A stretch of 64,000 bases of DNA from Batkoa obscura (taxonomy: Eukaryota), in contig JASVEC010000017.1 in assembly GCA_030770535.1 (NCBI GenBank), positions 558,001 to 622,000 on the forward strand, given 5' to 3'. Positions 11,405 through 24,079 of the stretch are shown in pieces (positions within the stretch are counted from its first letter, which is position 1; each line of letters begins with the position of its first letter). A program made the position numbers and the translations under genes. The notes below the pieces were generated by a model. It saw only the letters and a list, made by a program, of their open reading frames with translations, was not told where the DNA came from and did not search any database.

Positions 11405-13212
11405 AATTATTGGCTTATAATCTTGTTTTTATAAGCACATGATATTTTTTATAAACTTATTAATCCATAGGGAAAAGTAATGTAATTTATTTACAAGAAA
11501 ATGGGCTAATTAATTAAAGGATGAGGATGAGTTCAGCTTTGAGAGATCATTAAGGAGATTTAAATACGCTGCCTAGCCAATACTCTTGAATGATCGACCA
11601 GTGATAAACAGATCGTGTTTGGCTTCTTGAGTAATCAAGGTAGCCCATTCAAGGAATAGAAGATTTATTAGAGGAGGCAACGTTATTGATTAAAAATTCA
11701 GACAATACAGTTTTCTGTGAAGAATCCAGATCACTGCATCAGTAAACATGTATTAAACGAAAAGGCTAATATTAAGAAATATTTCTTGTATAAATAAAAA
11801 ATTAATGTCCTAGGAAAAATAATTAAATATTAGACCATTAATGAAGACGGTATCATAATATTTCCAAAAGTATTGGCTGTATTTAAAGTCAAAAAAACAA
11901 TAAGAGACCTTTTTATCCACTTCTTCATAACCAAATAGGCAATGCTTTGAAACTAAAGGTTTGAAACTATGGTCTTGGGCTATTATGGTGTACTTTTTGA
12001 GAGAGACTCTCTAAATGCCCAAGCTTAGTTTCAGAGCTATACATTTCTTTGTAAGTAAATTCTAGGATTATCTAAAATTTTACATTTACAAAGTAAAAGA
12101 CATCGAAATTGAATTGTAGAGATTGAGTTTTTAGTTTTCAATTACATGTCTTTATGATTTAATTTAACCCAAAGTTTTAAAACCCAAAAATAGTTCTAAA
12201 TTTATGAACAAATAGGAATGTCCATAGAAAACAGTTTTCTTTTAAAAAAGAAGAGTTCATATTGAAACTTGATTTTGACTTTACAAAGCTTGATAAAAAC
12301 TTTATTACCAATTGGATACAATGGGATTAGAAAGGCCCATTTCTTGGCTCTTTATATGCAAGTTTTTGGTCATATGACTGAGCTCAAGAAGTCCCATACC
12401 ATTGTTTATTTTAGGGGTAATAATGGCTGGATAGACTACTTAACAGATAATATTTTAAGTATTAGAATTTATTCAAATTACATTTGATAAACTTATTTAT
12501 TAGTTAAATATCGCTATATTATTATTATTTATTGTTTAGTCTCAAGCTTTTTTCCTTCTATTTAATTATTTTTTCAATAGCTTTATATTCAACTTTAAAT
12601 CCAGTTATCTTAAAAGGCTACTACAGCTTAATTAATAAAAATTTATATTTTCATTGTAACTTTTTAATAACATTCTTTTCTTGATTTTATATTAACTGTT
12701 AAACTATTTGTTAATTATAAAATTAAAATTAAAAATTAAACGTTCCTCTATTTGATCTATCACTGGATTATAAATACATTGTAACAAAAAACGGATATTA
12801 CAATAAATAGATAGAATATTTACATTATTACTAATCCAGCTTCATTGGACCAATTTCAATGTATTTTATCTTTTAGTTTGTAATTGTTTTCATTTAAAGC
12901 TATTAATTCTTTCGCTAAACACTTCCATTATTAAATCATAATAGAATAAGATGACAAATAAAAAAACATCACCACATTTTAAAATGGATCTATAATATCT
13001 CAATCGAAATGATTGGTGAACTACATTAAATCATCTCAATAGTTGAAATTAAAAATAGATTCTGGAAAGCCAAGAATTCTATTTTAAAAAGAACAATGCT
13101 CCTATTTAGAAGAACTTGGCATGAAATTATCCAGTTTTAAAAACTATATAAAAGCTATTGAAAATGAACATTATCAATTATTAAAATAAATTACAAATTT
13201 CTTCAATACAAT

Positions 13213-13707
13213 ATGAAATTCAATCCTTTAATTTTATCTTCAATTCTTACTTTAATTGCTGCACAATCAAGTGTTACAGATGCTACTTCTACCACTTTAG
13301 CTAGCACCCTTAGTGGTACTGATTCAAGTACTTTAGGCACTCAAACACCAACTACAATTACTGATTCAAGCACTACAAATACTTCTGAAAGTAGTATAAC
13401 TACTGATGTAATTTCTATTTCAACTTCAACTGATGGTACTGAATCCACTTCAACTTCAACTTCGACTGATTCTAGTGCATCTACTACAACTGATTCAACT
13501 GATTCAAGTAGCGCCAGTTCTTCATCAAGTTCTACTGATGGCTCTTACACTCCAAGTAGTACCTCAACAACTACTAGAAGTACCGTTTCAGTTTCTACCT
13601 TCTCAAATAAATCAAATACAAGCAATAATAGTTCTGGATTGACAATCAAGTCCAACTATTTGGTTTCCTTTTTTACTACCATGGTCCTTGGTTATCTTGT
13701 AAATTAA
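13213..13707 (+). CDS. Ser/Thr-rich secreted, probably GPI-anchored protein (paralog 2)
   Basis: MKFNPLILSSILTLIAAQ signal; tail SNYLVSFFTTMVLGYLVN. Confidence 0.85.
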   Translation: MKFNPLILSSILTLIAAQSSVTDATSTTLASTLSGTDSSTLGTQTPTTITDSSTTNTSESSITTDVISISTSTDGTESTSTSTSTDSSASTTTDSTDSSSASSSSSSTDGSYTPSSTSTTTRSTVSVSTFSNKSNTSNNSSGLTIKSNYLVSFFTTMVLGYLVN

Positions 13708-14614
13708 GTTTTTTTAATAAATGTGTATAGTATTTGAATTTTGCTTCTAAAATTCGTTTAGTTTATAAAATAAAACACGTCAATGGTTTTAATTAATAGT
13801 GTATTGCAAGGGTAATATACTTATTCTATATTAATAATTTAGAAACTAGAATATTCAATATCATTGGAATATGAGTAGTATTAAACATTTTAAATATTAG
13901 ATTCTTAATCTGTATAGATCTAAAATCCCTTTCACCTTATTTTTAAAATTCAAAGATGGATCCCCTTGCATCTTAAAATATTTTATTATCAAATTACTAT
14001 TAAATTAATTTAAACGTAAATTTACTTACGTAATTTGATGTTTTTATAAATCAACTATTACTACATGATTATGATTATACAAATTGTGTAAAAAACTCTC
14101 CTTTAATTATATCAGTAATATCTATAAAAAACACTTGTGAGGCTATGTTTTTACAGCTAAACTTTTAACTTGACCATAAACAAAGTATATATGATCGATC
14201 ACTTTAAAAAATATTGAAATGCTGGTAACGCCATTAAAATAAATTAATATCCCATTTAAAGCCTTATTTCTGTTAAATCATAGAACTAATTGCATCTAGA
14301 TGCTTTAATTTTATTTTAATCTGCAATTAACTTCTTGTACATTGAGTTTATGAACCATATATAATGTTATATTTTATAAATTCATTATAAAAAATATTGA
14401 CGATAAACTATCTTAAAACAAAATCATTTAAATGCAACCAATTCAATCAAGAAAAAGATACTAAATAGATTTAAAATAGCCAAGGATTTTATTTTTAAAA
14501 AAACAATGCTCATTTTTAAAGCCAATTGGCATGAAATTAGTAAGTTTTTAATATAAAAGCTTTCGAAAATGAGTACCATTGAACATAAAAAGTTAATCTT
14601 TACTTTAATACAAT

Positions 14615-15424
14615 ATGCGTTTCAACACTTTAGTATTATCTTTATTCTTTAATTTAATTATTACGCAATCAAGTAGTACAGATAGCACTTCTACTACTTT
14701 AGCTAGTATCGATAGTGGGATTAATTCAATAGTGTTGGCTGATAATTCTAGTATTTCAGATAGTCAAACATCAACTACAATGACTGATTTAAGTGCTACA
14801 AATATTTTTGGTAATAGTATAATTACTAATGTTACTTTTACACCTACTCCAACTACAGATGAGATTTTTACAATTGCACCAACTACAAATGTAGCTTTTA
14901 CATCTACACTAATTATAGATGATCCACCATTGTCTTCATCTTTAACTTCAACTGATGGTATTGTATCTGCTCCAAATTCAGTTAACGACAGTGTATTTAA
15001 TTCCACTTCAATCGATGGCACTGTATCTACTTTAACTGTGGATGATAGTATACCTTCTTCAACTTTAACTGACGATAGTGTATCTACTTCAGCTTCAGCT
15101 ATAACTAATGATACTGCATCTACTTCAACTTCAACTGCAACCTATAGTACCACATCTAATTTAACTTTATCTGGTTCTAGTTCAACTAGTTCTAATGATA
15201 ATTTAATTGATTCAAGCTCAGGATTTAGTAGCAGTAATTCTTCATCAAATTTGACTGGTGGCCCTTATACTAAAAGTAGTACCTATGCATTGACTACAAC
15301 AATTAAAGGCCCCATTTCTACTACAAATATTGTTGTGAGTCCCAATAGTCCTGGATTTATACTTAAGTACAATTATTTTATTTTATTTCATTCCTTATTA
15401 CTATTGTTATTGGTTATCTTCTAA
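14615..15424 (+). CDS. Ser/Thr-rich secreted protein (paralog 3, frameshifted tail)
   Basis: MRFNTLVLSLFFNLIITQ signal; shares the FGN.IITNVTF block with paralog 4. Confidence 0.85.
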   Translation: MRFNTLVLSLFFNLIITQSSSTDSTSTTLASIDSGINSIVLADNSSISDSQTSTTMTDLSATNIFGNSIITNVTFTPTPTTDEIFTIAPTTNVAFTSTLIIDDPPLSSSLTSTDGIVSAPNSVNDSVFNSTSIDGTVSTLTVDDSIPSSTLTDDSVSTSASAITNDTASTSTSTATYSTTSNLTLSGSSSTSSNDNLIDSSSGFSSSNSSSNLTGGPYTKSSTYALTTTIKGPISTTNIVVSPNSPGFILKYNYFILFHSLLLLLLVIF

Positions 15425-15906
15425 ATTGATAGAGTTTTTTAAATAAATATGTATAATTTTAAGCTGTTTTTTTGTTTTGACCTTTTAATGAAATAAACTC
15501 TACTAATAAGTTCAATTATAATACATTTTTAAAAGTAATGTATTTTTTCTTATAAGTGAAAAAATTAAGAATTTAAAGATTTATTATTATATGAATACAT
15601 AAATGCCATTTAAAAAATTCGAAATACTAAATTTTTAAAAAACCTATACGCTGAATCCTTTTGAACCTAAAAAACATTTATTTTTAAACTATTGGGAGGG
15701 TCTTAGCCTTTGAGCACTAAATTAATTTAAGAAAAGAGATTTAATTGAAGCAGAGTCTTTTGTTGACTGTCAAATTGAATGAATTTAACTTTTCCTAGCA
15801 TTGCTTTGGAAAACAATCACGAATCATACTCGTCGTTGATATCCAAGTGCTAAAATAGTTAAAGTTTTTGGTTGTAACAGTTTTCTATTTCTGTTTTTTA
15901 ATACAT

Positions 15907-16002
15907 GGGGATGTATTTTTTGTAAGAATTTTACTAATAATCTTTCCGCTCAAATAGCGCTTAAAAAATGGAAAAAATAATGAAGCCAAAAAAAACATCC
16001 TC
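15907..16002 (+). mobile_element. ~100-bp MITE-like element
   Basis: GGGGATGTATTTTTT...AAAAAAACATCCTC, same family. Confidence 0.75.
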
Positions 16003-16256
16003 GATTATTAATATGTCAGTAAAATTATTAAAATTAATTAAAATTACTAATTTAAGTTTAATTTCTATTAAATAGTATCATATATATATATATTAATATA
16101 TATTTACAAATAGCCAAGGCTTTTTATTTAAAATAAATCAATGCTCCTTTTAAAATTGGCTTGGCATGAAGCACTATGTTTCGAACAAACGTTATAAAAG
16201 CTATCGAAATTAGCATTATCAGTTATAAAAAAATTAATATTTTATCCTAATCATAT

Positions 16257-16769
16257 ATGCGTTTCAACACTTTAATTTTACCATTATTCCTTACTTTAAT
16301 TACTGCACAATCAAGCAATACGGATAGTAGCTCAAGTGCACAAACCAGCACTGATAGTGGTTCCGATTCACAAAGTACAAATTCAATAATGAATACTGAT
16401 AGCTCTAGTACTTCAGTCAGAGGATCTCCAACTACAGTAACTGATTCTACAGATACAAATACATTTGGTAATGGTATTATTACCAATGTAACTTTCATAG
16501 CCAGCCCAACTACTGATGACAGTGGATCCACTTCAACTTCAACTAGTGATGACTCTAGCTCAACTGATTCTGTCTCTAATAGCACTGATCCTGGATCAAG
16601 CTCAACTGATGGCTCTTACCTTCCAAGTAGTGCATCTATGTTGACTAAAAGAAGTAGTGATACCGATTCTACTACAAATACTATTGTGAATCTTAATAGT
16701 TCTGGATTTGTGATCAAGTCCAATTATTTAGTTTCCTTTTTATTACTATTTTTGTTAGCTATCTTGTAA
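16257..16769 (+). CDS. Ser/Thr-rich secreted protein (paralog 4, frameshifted tail)
   Basis: MRFNTLILPLFLTLITAQ signal; KSNYLVSF followed by a Leu-rich tail. Confidence 0.85.
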   Translation: MRFNTLILPLFLTLITAQSSNTDSSSSAQTSTDSGSDSQSTNSIMNTDSSSTSVRGSPTTVTDSTDTNTFGNGIITNVTFIASPTTDDSGSTSTSTSDDSSSTDSVSNSTDPGSSSTDGSYLPSSASMLTKRSSDTDSTTNTIVNLNSSGFVIKSNYLVSFLLLFLLAIL

Positions 16770-18410
16770 ATTAATTGATTTTTTTATTGATAATAAATAT
16801 TTAGTATTAAACTATTTTTTAAAGGTTTCTTAAGCATAAAATATAATATAGCAACATCTTTGATTACACCTTCGTATAGCATAATAATAATGTTGTTATA
16901 GATAAAAGGAGTTAAATAAGGTATGAATTTTATAATAATAAAGTTATAAATATTAATAATTCAAATATTTGAAAATTTTAATCCTTTTAAAAGTGTAATA
17001 ATCGAGCCCACTTTACGGCTTAAAATACATTATTTTTTAATACATTATTTTCCAGCTGTGAGATAACTACTATTATAAAGATAACTATTTATGGTAAGAT
17101 CCACATATTACTAGTTTCTTTAAATCGTTGTTATTTACTAGAAGTTATTAGTAGAAAGGTAACAAAATCAAAATTTATTAAAAATTTATCACATAAACAT
17201 GACCAAACTTAAATCAAAAGCTTGAATACTAGGATCCCAAGGATCGGACTAAAAAGCTGAATGTGATAAGTTTAAACGACAGGGTAGACTCTAAAAATTT
17301 TTTAGAGTTTGATCTAGGCTCTGGTTTGTAAAAAAATCGTGATTAGCTTTAAATTTTAGCAGAAAGGTATTGTTTTCTTAGAATTTATTATTACTGTGAT
17401 ATTTGTGAAAAGGAACTGAGACTGAAATAAATATGAGCTTTTGGTCTAAACTCAACTGCGATTTCAATAGAATTTTAAAAATGAAACATTACATTTAGTG
17501 CTAATATTTTAATCAGCAGTGAATGCTTTAAACCATATCTAATTCAAGCCAAGGGATCTCAATGTTTAAAACCTTAATAATTGAAATTTATTTTTAAAAT
17601 TCTATTAAATAAATTAGATAATTGATAATTATAGTTTGAAATGGATTTGAGGACTATAATATTTCCTTAAAATGAATGAATTTTGATTTATTTAAGTTAT
17701 TGCAGCTCTTTTATGACCTTTTTAACTGCTGATTTAATAAAAAATTTGTAGTAAATTTAGCTAAAATGTATGAATCAGACATTAAAAAAATTGGTTATAT
17801 AAATATATTGGTTATAAAAATCGCTACTAAAAAAGTCGTGAAGAGTTGTAACAACCTGTACTTCCCCCTGTTTTTTCAATAAAATTTATTTTTTCCCAGA
17901 AACTTCAAAGACTTTATTTTTAGTAATTTGTTAATTTAATTAAAGTTATATTTTTAAATCAAATCAAGCCTAAATTAAGGAATTATTATAAAAGTTTGAC
18001 TGTTTTATATAAGGGCGTTAACGTAATAGATAAACCAAATCCATCTATATTATAATAAGAAAACTTTTTATTTTATCTTACCAACTACTACCCTTAGCGC
18101 TCAGTTTGCTTTTTGGAGCTTTCCTACTCATTACGCTTATTAAACAATAGCCTTAAAATTTATCCTATTTTTTAACCAATTTTAATATTGGTGAACGTTC
18201 CGCCTAATTCAAGCCAAGAAAAAAAGTTAGCTAGCATAACTACTCAGCATACAAAGAAATGATAGGTAGATAGATTAAGTGTATAAATGATCAAAAAAAA
18301 TAGCTTGGCAAAAATTTTGGTATATAAAAATACAAAGAAAGTCAAAATAACAATAAAAAAATCAAAATAATAACAATAATAATAATCAACTTTTAAATTT
18401 AAATATAAAA

Positions 18411-18890
18411 ATGCGTTCCAATAATATAATTCCTACTTTATTCTTTACTCTAATTGCTGCCCAATCCAATAATAATGATTCTACGTTCAGTACTCAAGTG
18501 AGTCCAAATGATGGCTCCAATAATGGTATGAATATGAGTAGCAGAGGCTCACGTACTCATACTAGAAGCCATACTCCAATAAATGATCCTTCCGCTACAG
18601 ATGTTTCTGGAAACATAATGAACTCAAGTCCAGCTTTAGCTGCTACTCAAACCTCCAATAATAGTTCAAGTGCATCCACTTCTGGAACTGATGGCGATAT
18701 GGATGGAATGGATGGAATGAGGAATATTATTAGTTCTAGTGGTAGTGCAAGTTCAGCTAGTTCTAGTACCGATAGCCTTAGCTCCAGCGATCCTAGTTCC
18801 CTTAATTCAAGTAATTCAATTATGTTGTTTCAACCTGGCTACGTTAATGTTATGTTTACTATATTGGCTGTTGGTTACATGCTCAGTTAA
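18411..18890 (+). CDS. Ser-rich secreted protein (divergent paralog 5)
   Basis: MRSNNIIPTLFFTLIAAQ signal; tail FTILAVGYMLS resembles the family tail. Confidence 0.8.
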   Translation: MRSNNIIPTLFFTLIAAQSNNNDSTFSTQVSPNDGSNNGMNMSSRGSRTHTRSHTPINDPSATDVSGNIMNSSPALAATQTSNNSSSASTSGTDGDMDGMDGMRNIISSSGSASSASSSTDSLSSSDPSSLNSSNSIMLFQPGYVNVMFTILAVGYMLS

Positions 18891-19979
18891 ACAGAGTACC
18901 CGAACAATAAATATTTATTTAAATAGTAAAGTAGTAATTTTTTAGTTAATTATTTTATATTTTCGATATATTTTTTCAAGGTTTATATTACATGTTGATT
19001 TTTGTTTGTAAAATAAATTTTTGATATACAAAAATTAAAGTAGAATGGAATCAAGATAATTCACTTTATAAAGTATGTTTAATCTCATGTAATAATCGAA
19101 ATTAATAAAAAAGTAAGCTTTAAAGTTAGTAATATAACTGACTTTGTTAATAATAACAATAATTATTTATCTTAATTTTAGATTTCAAGAATTGATTTTT
19201 GTTAGTTGTCTGCACGATTTTCATTCCACTTTTTTAGCGTGTTTCAGCTTCTCGATCATACGGACCACCTATAAAATCCTTTCAGGTTCTTTCTTTTCAT
19301 TAGAGGAATCAGTTCCTTCAGTCCACTCCATGTTTATTGAATGGCATATTGGTTGGGAGACCAATTTCAATTTTTCAAAAGTTAGGTTCGACAAAAATCG
19401 TAAAGGTAGAGATACTCTACCTTTATGATAAGTTACCCCTTTTATCTAAGCATTTTTTATTATAAAGCTTATCACTTGAGAGTTCTCTCCTGAAGAAATT
19501 TAAAAAAAAGAATAGATTTTAAACAATATTATTTTTGTTATATATTACACATTATGCTTTTACTTGAATTTATAAGTAATATGGATTTTTAATATGATCT
19601 GAAGTTATCAGTATTTGAAAATAAATACATGTTCAATTTCTGTTATAGGGCTATAAACCCAAACAATGTTTTTATTAAATTAATAAAGTTTGGTAAATTA
19701 AAAACATTTGTTTGTCTATAAAAAAATATCAACCTAAATAGCTCATATTAGAGCCATAATAAAATATTTAACAAAGATTGTAGAATGAGCTAAATGTTTG
19801 TTTATTAAACCATTTAGTTAAAGATGCTATATTTATTTTCTAAATTAAAGATTTTATATTTTAAAGAAATCCATAAAAAAAACATTCTCTTTGAAACCAG
19901 TACTTTATGTGGTATAAAATCACATATAGTTTATTAGTATTTTTGAATAGTCGATAAAATTAGTTGGATATTTAAAAGA

Positions 19980-20597
19980 TTAGTAGCTGCCATAGGCTTG
20001 ATTTTGAGAATATTGATTCGTTGGATATCCAGGGCTTAATGATAGTGACCCACCAATAGTTACTGTAGTGGATATAGGTGTACCAGCAATACCAACACCT
20101 TGGGAAACACCGCCTGCTACAGCAACACCTTGCTGATCATTAGCTGAAACTACGCCACCATAAGAATTTGATAACCCTATCGTATTTAAGATCATATTAC
20201 CATTAGAAGCTCCACCACCTGTAGCAAAGCCATTAGGCGATTGGGATTGAAAGCTAGAACTAGTAGAGTAATTTGAACCTTGAGATACAGAACCATAATT
20301 TGAGCCTCCATTTCCATTAGCATTGTAACTTACGCCAGAACTTGCCACTGGGCTCGTTCCTGGAGAATAAGTACTTCCTTGGATTGTTGTACTTCCGTTT
20401 GTTTCATTAGTGCCTGTAAATGCACTGCTTCCAAATGAAGCGCCAGGCCCGTTGGCCTGACCAGTTGCGCTTCCTGTGCTAGTTGATTGGCCGTTAGTAC
20501 TTCCAGTTAATGTGCCTATCAAACCCCTTTTTTCTAGTAATGGAGCGGCATTTATCGAGGTAATTGCTATCGCTAATAGCAAAGATGGTAATCTCAT
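19980..20597 (-). CDS. Gly/Ser-rich secreted protein
   Basis: Signal peptide and Kex2-type APLLEKR site; low-complexity G/S/T/N body. Confidence 0.8.
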   Translation of the reverse strand: MRLPSLLLAIAITSINAAPLLEKRGLIGTLTGSTNGQSTSTGSATGQANGPGASFGSSAFTGTNETNGSTTIQGSTYSPGTSPVASSGVSYNANGNGGSNYGSVSQGSNYSTSSSFQSQSPNGFATGGGASNGNMILNTIGLSNSYGGVVSANDQQGVAVAGGVSQGVGIAGTPISTTVTIGGSLSLSPGYPTNQYSQNQAYGSY

Positions 20598-23500
20598 TGA
20601 TAATAAAAATATGTAGAATTAGATAATTTCTAAATCGAAGGTTTTATAGCACCAACAAAATTCAGGGGCAGAATCAGAAATTGGGGTAGTGTTATTTACT
20701 GTTAGCCTGTTTCAAGTAAGACTAGCCCACTTTTAGTTAAATTTTCCACAGTTGTAATTAAGCTAAGAGTTAAATTAAATGAAAGATATATAAGAGCAAA
20801 TTTCAATACTGCAAAGTTGTTTTAAGTTATAAAATTAGTTAATACCCAAGCACTATATTTACTTATTAATGATAAACAAAGTCGTAAGGCTAAAATGTAT
20901 TTATTTTTAAGTTACATTGTTTCTTCTAGTATTAAGAAACTCTATCAATAATAAAATGGTTAATAAAACAAATTGGAAAGATAAAAGTACTAAAATTTAT
21001 TTTGTATAAATTTCCGGTCCAATTTTATCAATGAATTTGAAAACTCCATAGTTGTCAATAAATTGTATATTATGCACATTCAAATAATACATTTAGTTTA
21101 TTTTGTAATAATGCAAATGTTATTTATATTTATATTTATATTTAAACGTTATCAATGTTCTCTAAACTCTTGGTAATAATTTAATCTACACCCACATTAT
21201 AACTTATGATACCTCAATGCATCAGTATTTCAAATATCATAATATTATATCAGTGCTTAAAATAAACATCAATTCTAAAGTACTAGCCTTTAGTATCATT
21301 AATCATCTGAATTGTTTGAAGTTTAAAAGTAGAACTGATCCTACCCTAAGTAATTTTAAATACTTGAAGCATTCCACTACTTCAAACTAGACAACTATTT
21401 CCAATTAGATCAGATTTGTAATAAATATAATAGTAAAGAGACTACAATTTGTCATAAAGACTATTGGTGTTAGCCTTATTTCTTACGTACTAATAATTCA
21501 ATAGTTATCAGATAAGTGAATGAAAAGGACTCCCACTACTTTCACTGAGATAGCAGTGTTTCATTAGCTTAGTTAGTGTTCCTCAAAAATCGATATCATC
21601 TAATTGAAATTTTGTACCATTATAAGGCTATGACATTTAAGTAATATTTTAAAAAATAAAATTAGGCATCGTTAATTAGCTTGAATTTTAAGAAATTCAA
21701 ATATTCCTCAGCATTTTTTATGTGAGCTGACCTTTGGATTATTCACTCTTAATACATGAAATCATCAGAAGATAATATGTTTACCCTCTCCACCGTCATA
21801 TCTTCCTTCTTTTTGCCCAAACTAATTTATAAAGTAGAACATAAAGCTAATGTGTGCAATCTGCCATTCAAAGACTGAATCCTCGAGTTATTCTACCCCC
21901 TGTAGTTTGGTAATTTCTTTCTACCCTTTCTTTCATGTCTTATTAATTTTATAATTCGTTTTCTATTTCGAAAACAAGTATAAAATCGTATAACATCTTC
22001 AAAGTAATCATTTATTCTTGCTGGAGTTTGAAAAAAACACTACTTGTATAGTGTTAAATTTTAGCTTATTTTTATTTAAATGTAGAGCTTTGGCACAATT
22101 AACGGTAAGATTGTGTCAAACAATAATTGTTTAAAAGCACTAATAAGTCCATGTTACTTCATCTAATCGCAAATATATTTGAATAATCAACTTGAATTTG
22201 ATTAACAAGGGTATTTGGATAGCTTGATTTTGATAATTGGATACCTTTTAGTAAATTCAGGAGTTTATGCTGCCCGATTTTTTCCTTACTGTTTCTAAGT
22301 TGTGGGATTGGTTAAGGGTTTTGAGGAGAGCTTAACGATGGATGTGGTCCAAGGTAATGATGTAAATAGTTGAACGGACTTGATGGTTTTGGCTTGTTTG
22401 ATTTATACCTAGGATCGTTATTATCTCTAAGCTCTCTCTTTGTTAGTCTTTAGACAGTCAGTGATTGATGGTTTATAAACTTTAGTGCCAAGTTTATTGT
22501 CCATCATACTCGTTATAAAATTAGTTAATAAAAAGTAATTAATATAGTTTAAATCTATAGAGATTTTGGAATGAAAATAACATGAACTTTCATTGCTTTT
22601 CGGTCTCATGTAATAAACTAAACATTAATTTTTTCAACTATATTTGAAGGCGAGAAATCAAAAAGAACGTTATCAAATTTGAACAAGAAATTTAATGAAA
22701 CTATTGAGAGCATAACAAGTAAGTCTATAATAGATTTGATTGAAAATTCTACAACTTAGCGTAGTCGGTTCTGTTCTATTAACCGCCTATTATCCCCCCA
22801 TTCGACTAACATTAGTATTTTATTCTTTATTATTATTTTTATATTTATGCAACTATATATTTCAGTTCAGTAGGTTTGTCTTTCAAATTATTTCTTTCAG
22901 ACGGCATTTCCTATATTTTTTAGATGAATCATCAAATTTTTATATAGATTTTGCATATAAAAACATTTCTTTAAAGTTATTCTATAGGTGGAATTCCTAT
23001 CCAAGTGCTTTCAAGTTAAATTTTCATTATGGGATTAGCTTTTATTATTATTGCTTTAAAAAGTATGATTTGATTAAAAAGTCGGATTATTATCACTTTA
23101 GTTCAATTGAACCGGATGTATGGGTTGTGGAAAGAGAGTTGAGAAGATGGATAGAAGATGTTGTCTGCGAAATGCAAACAAAAGGTTTAAAATAAAGTAA
23201 AATGAGTTTTTTTTAACTTTTTGGCAAGAATAAGAAAAATTAAAACTAAAACCTGTTTTAACTTGGTTCATTTAAAGTAGAGGTAAAAATCCGTAGTCCT
23301 GTATATATTATTGTTATAGCCTATATGATAATAAGGATTGCTCTATAAACCCAACAAGGCACATAAAAATTATAAATAAAAGATTAATAATATAAATGTT
23401 AGAATTTCAAGAAAATTGATATTTTCTTGAAATAGGCGCAGATTGCCTTTTAAAGTAGCCTATATTTATAGAGGAAGCTAAAGCAATGGTTTATCAAGTC

Positions 23501-24079
23501 TATCTATAAACAACTCACTTTTTTTGGTCGAATCTAAAACCTCAAGAGTACAGAATGGTATAGTAAAAAAACCAGTACAAAAATATTTTTATTTTAAGTA
23601 TAAAGAGCAACTGTTACAAGTAATAACTTTGTTTTATACCAAAAGAACTTTACCTATGGTATGCTCTAATACTTAATATTTGTTAATAATTTTGAATGCG
23701 ATGTGTTATATATATAGTAAAAGTATATCAGAAATCAGAAAGGGATTTAAATAAAATACTAATAATTTCGAATATACTAAAAGCTCATATTCCTTATAAT
23801 ATCAAATAAAAATACAATATAAAATGCAGTGATAAAGTGATATTGTTTAAATCTATTTTCAAAAGCCAATAGTATAGAACATAAGTCTGGAGGTTAATAA
23901 ACTTGAATTGAAATAACAATATAACAATAACTAAATCAATAAGATTTAAAGAGAGTATAATAGACAATTTAAATATAAAATGAATATGATATTATAAAAT
24001 AAAGCGTATAGGATTTATAAATAAAAGTGCCTCGGTATATTAAAGTAAATCATAATAGTTTGACCTTACCAACTGTGTT

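Noticed and set aside
11460..12490. Less AT-rich stretch with short open frames, possibly a decayed gene or transposon
   Set aside because: No motif I could recognise; needs a translated search.
21200..23195. Coding-like composition and a 151-aa ORF at 22740
   Set aside because: Non-ATG start, no recognisable domain and many stops in neighbouring frames; cannot be supported.
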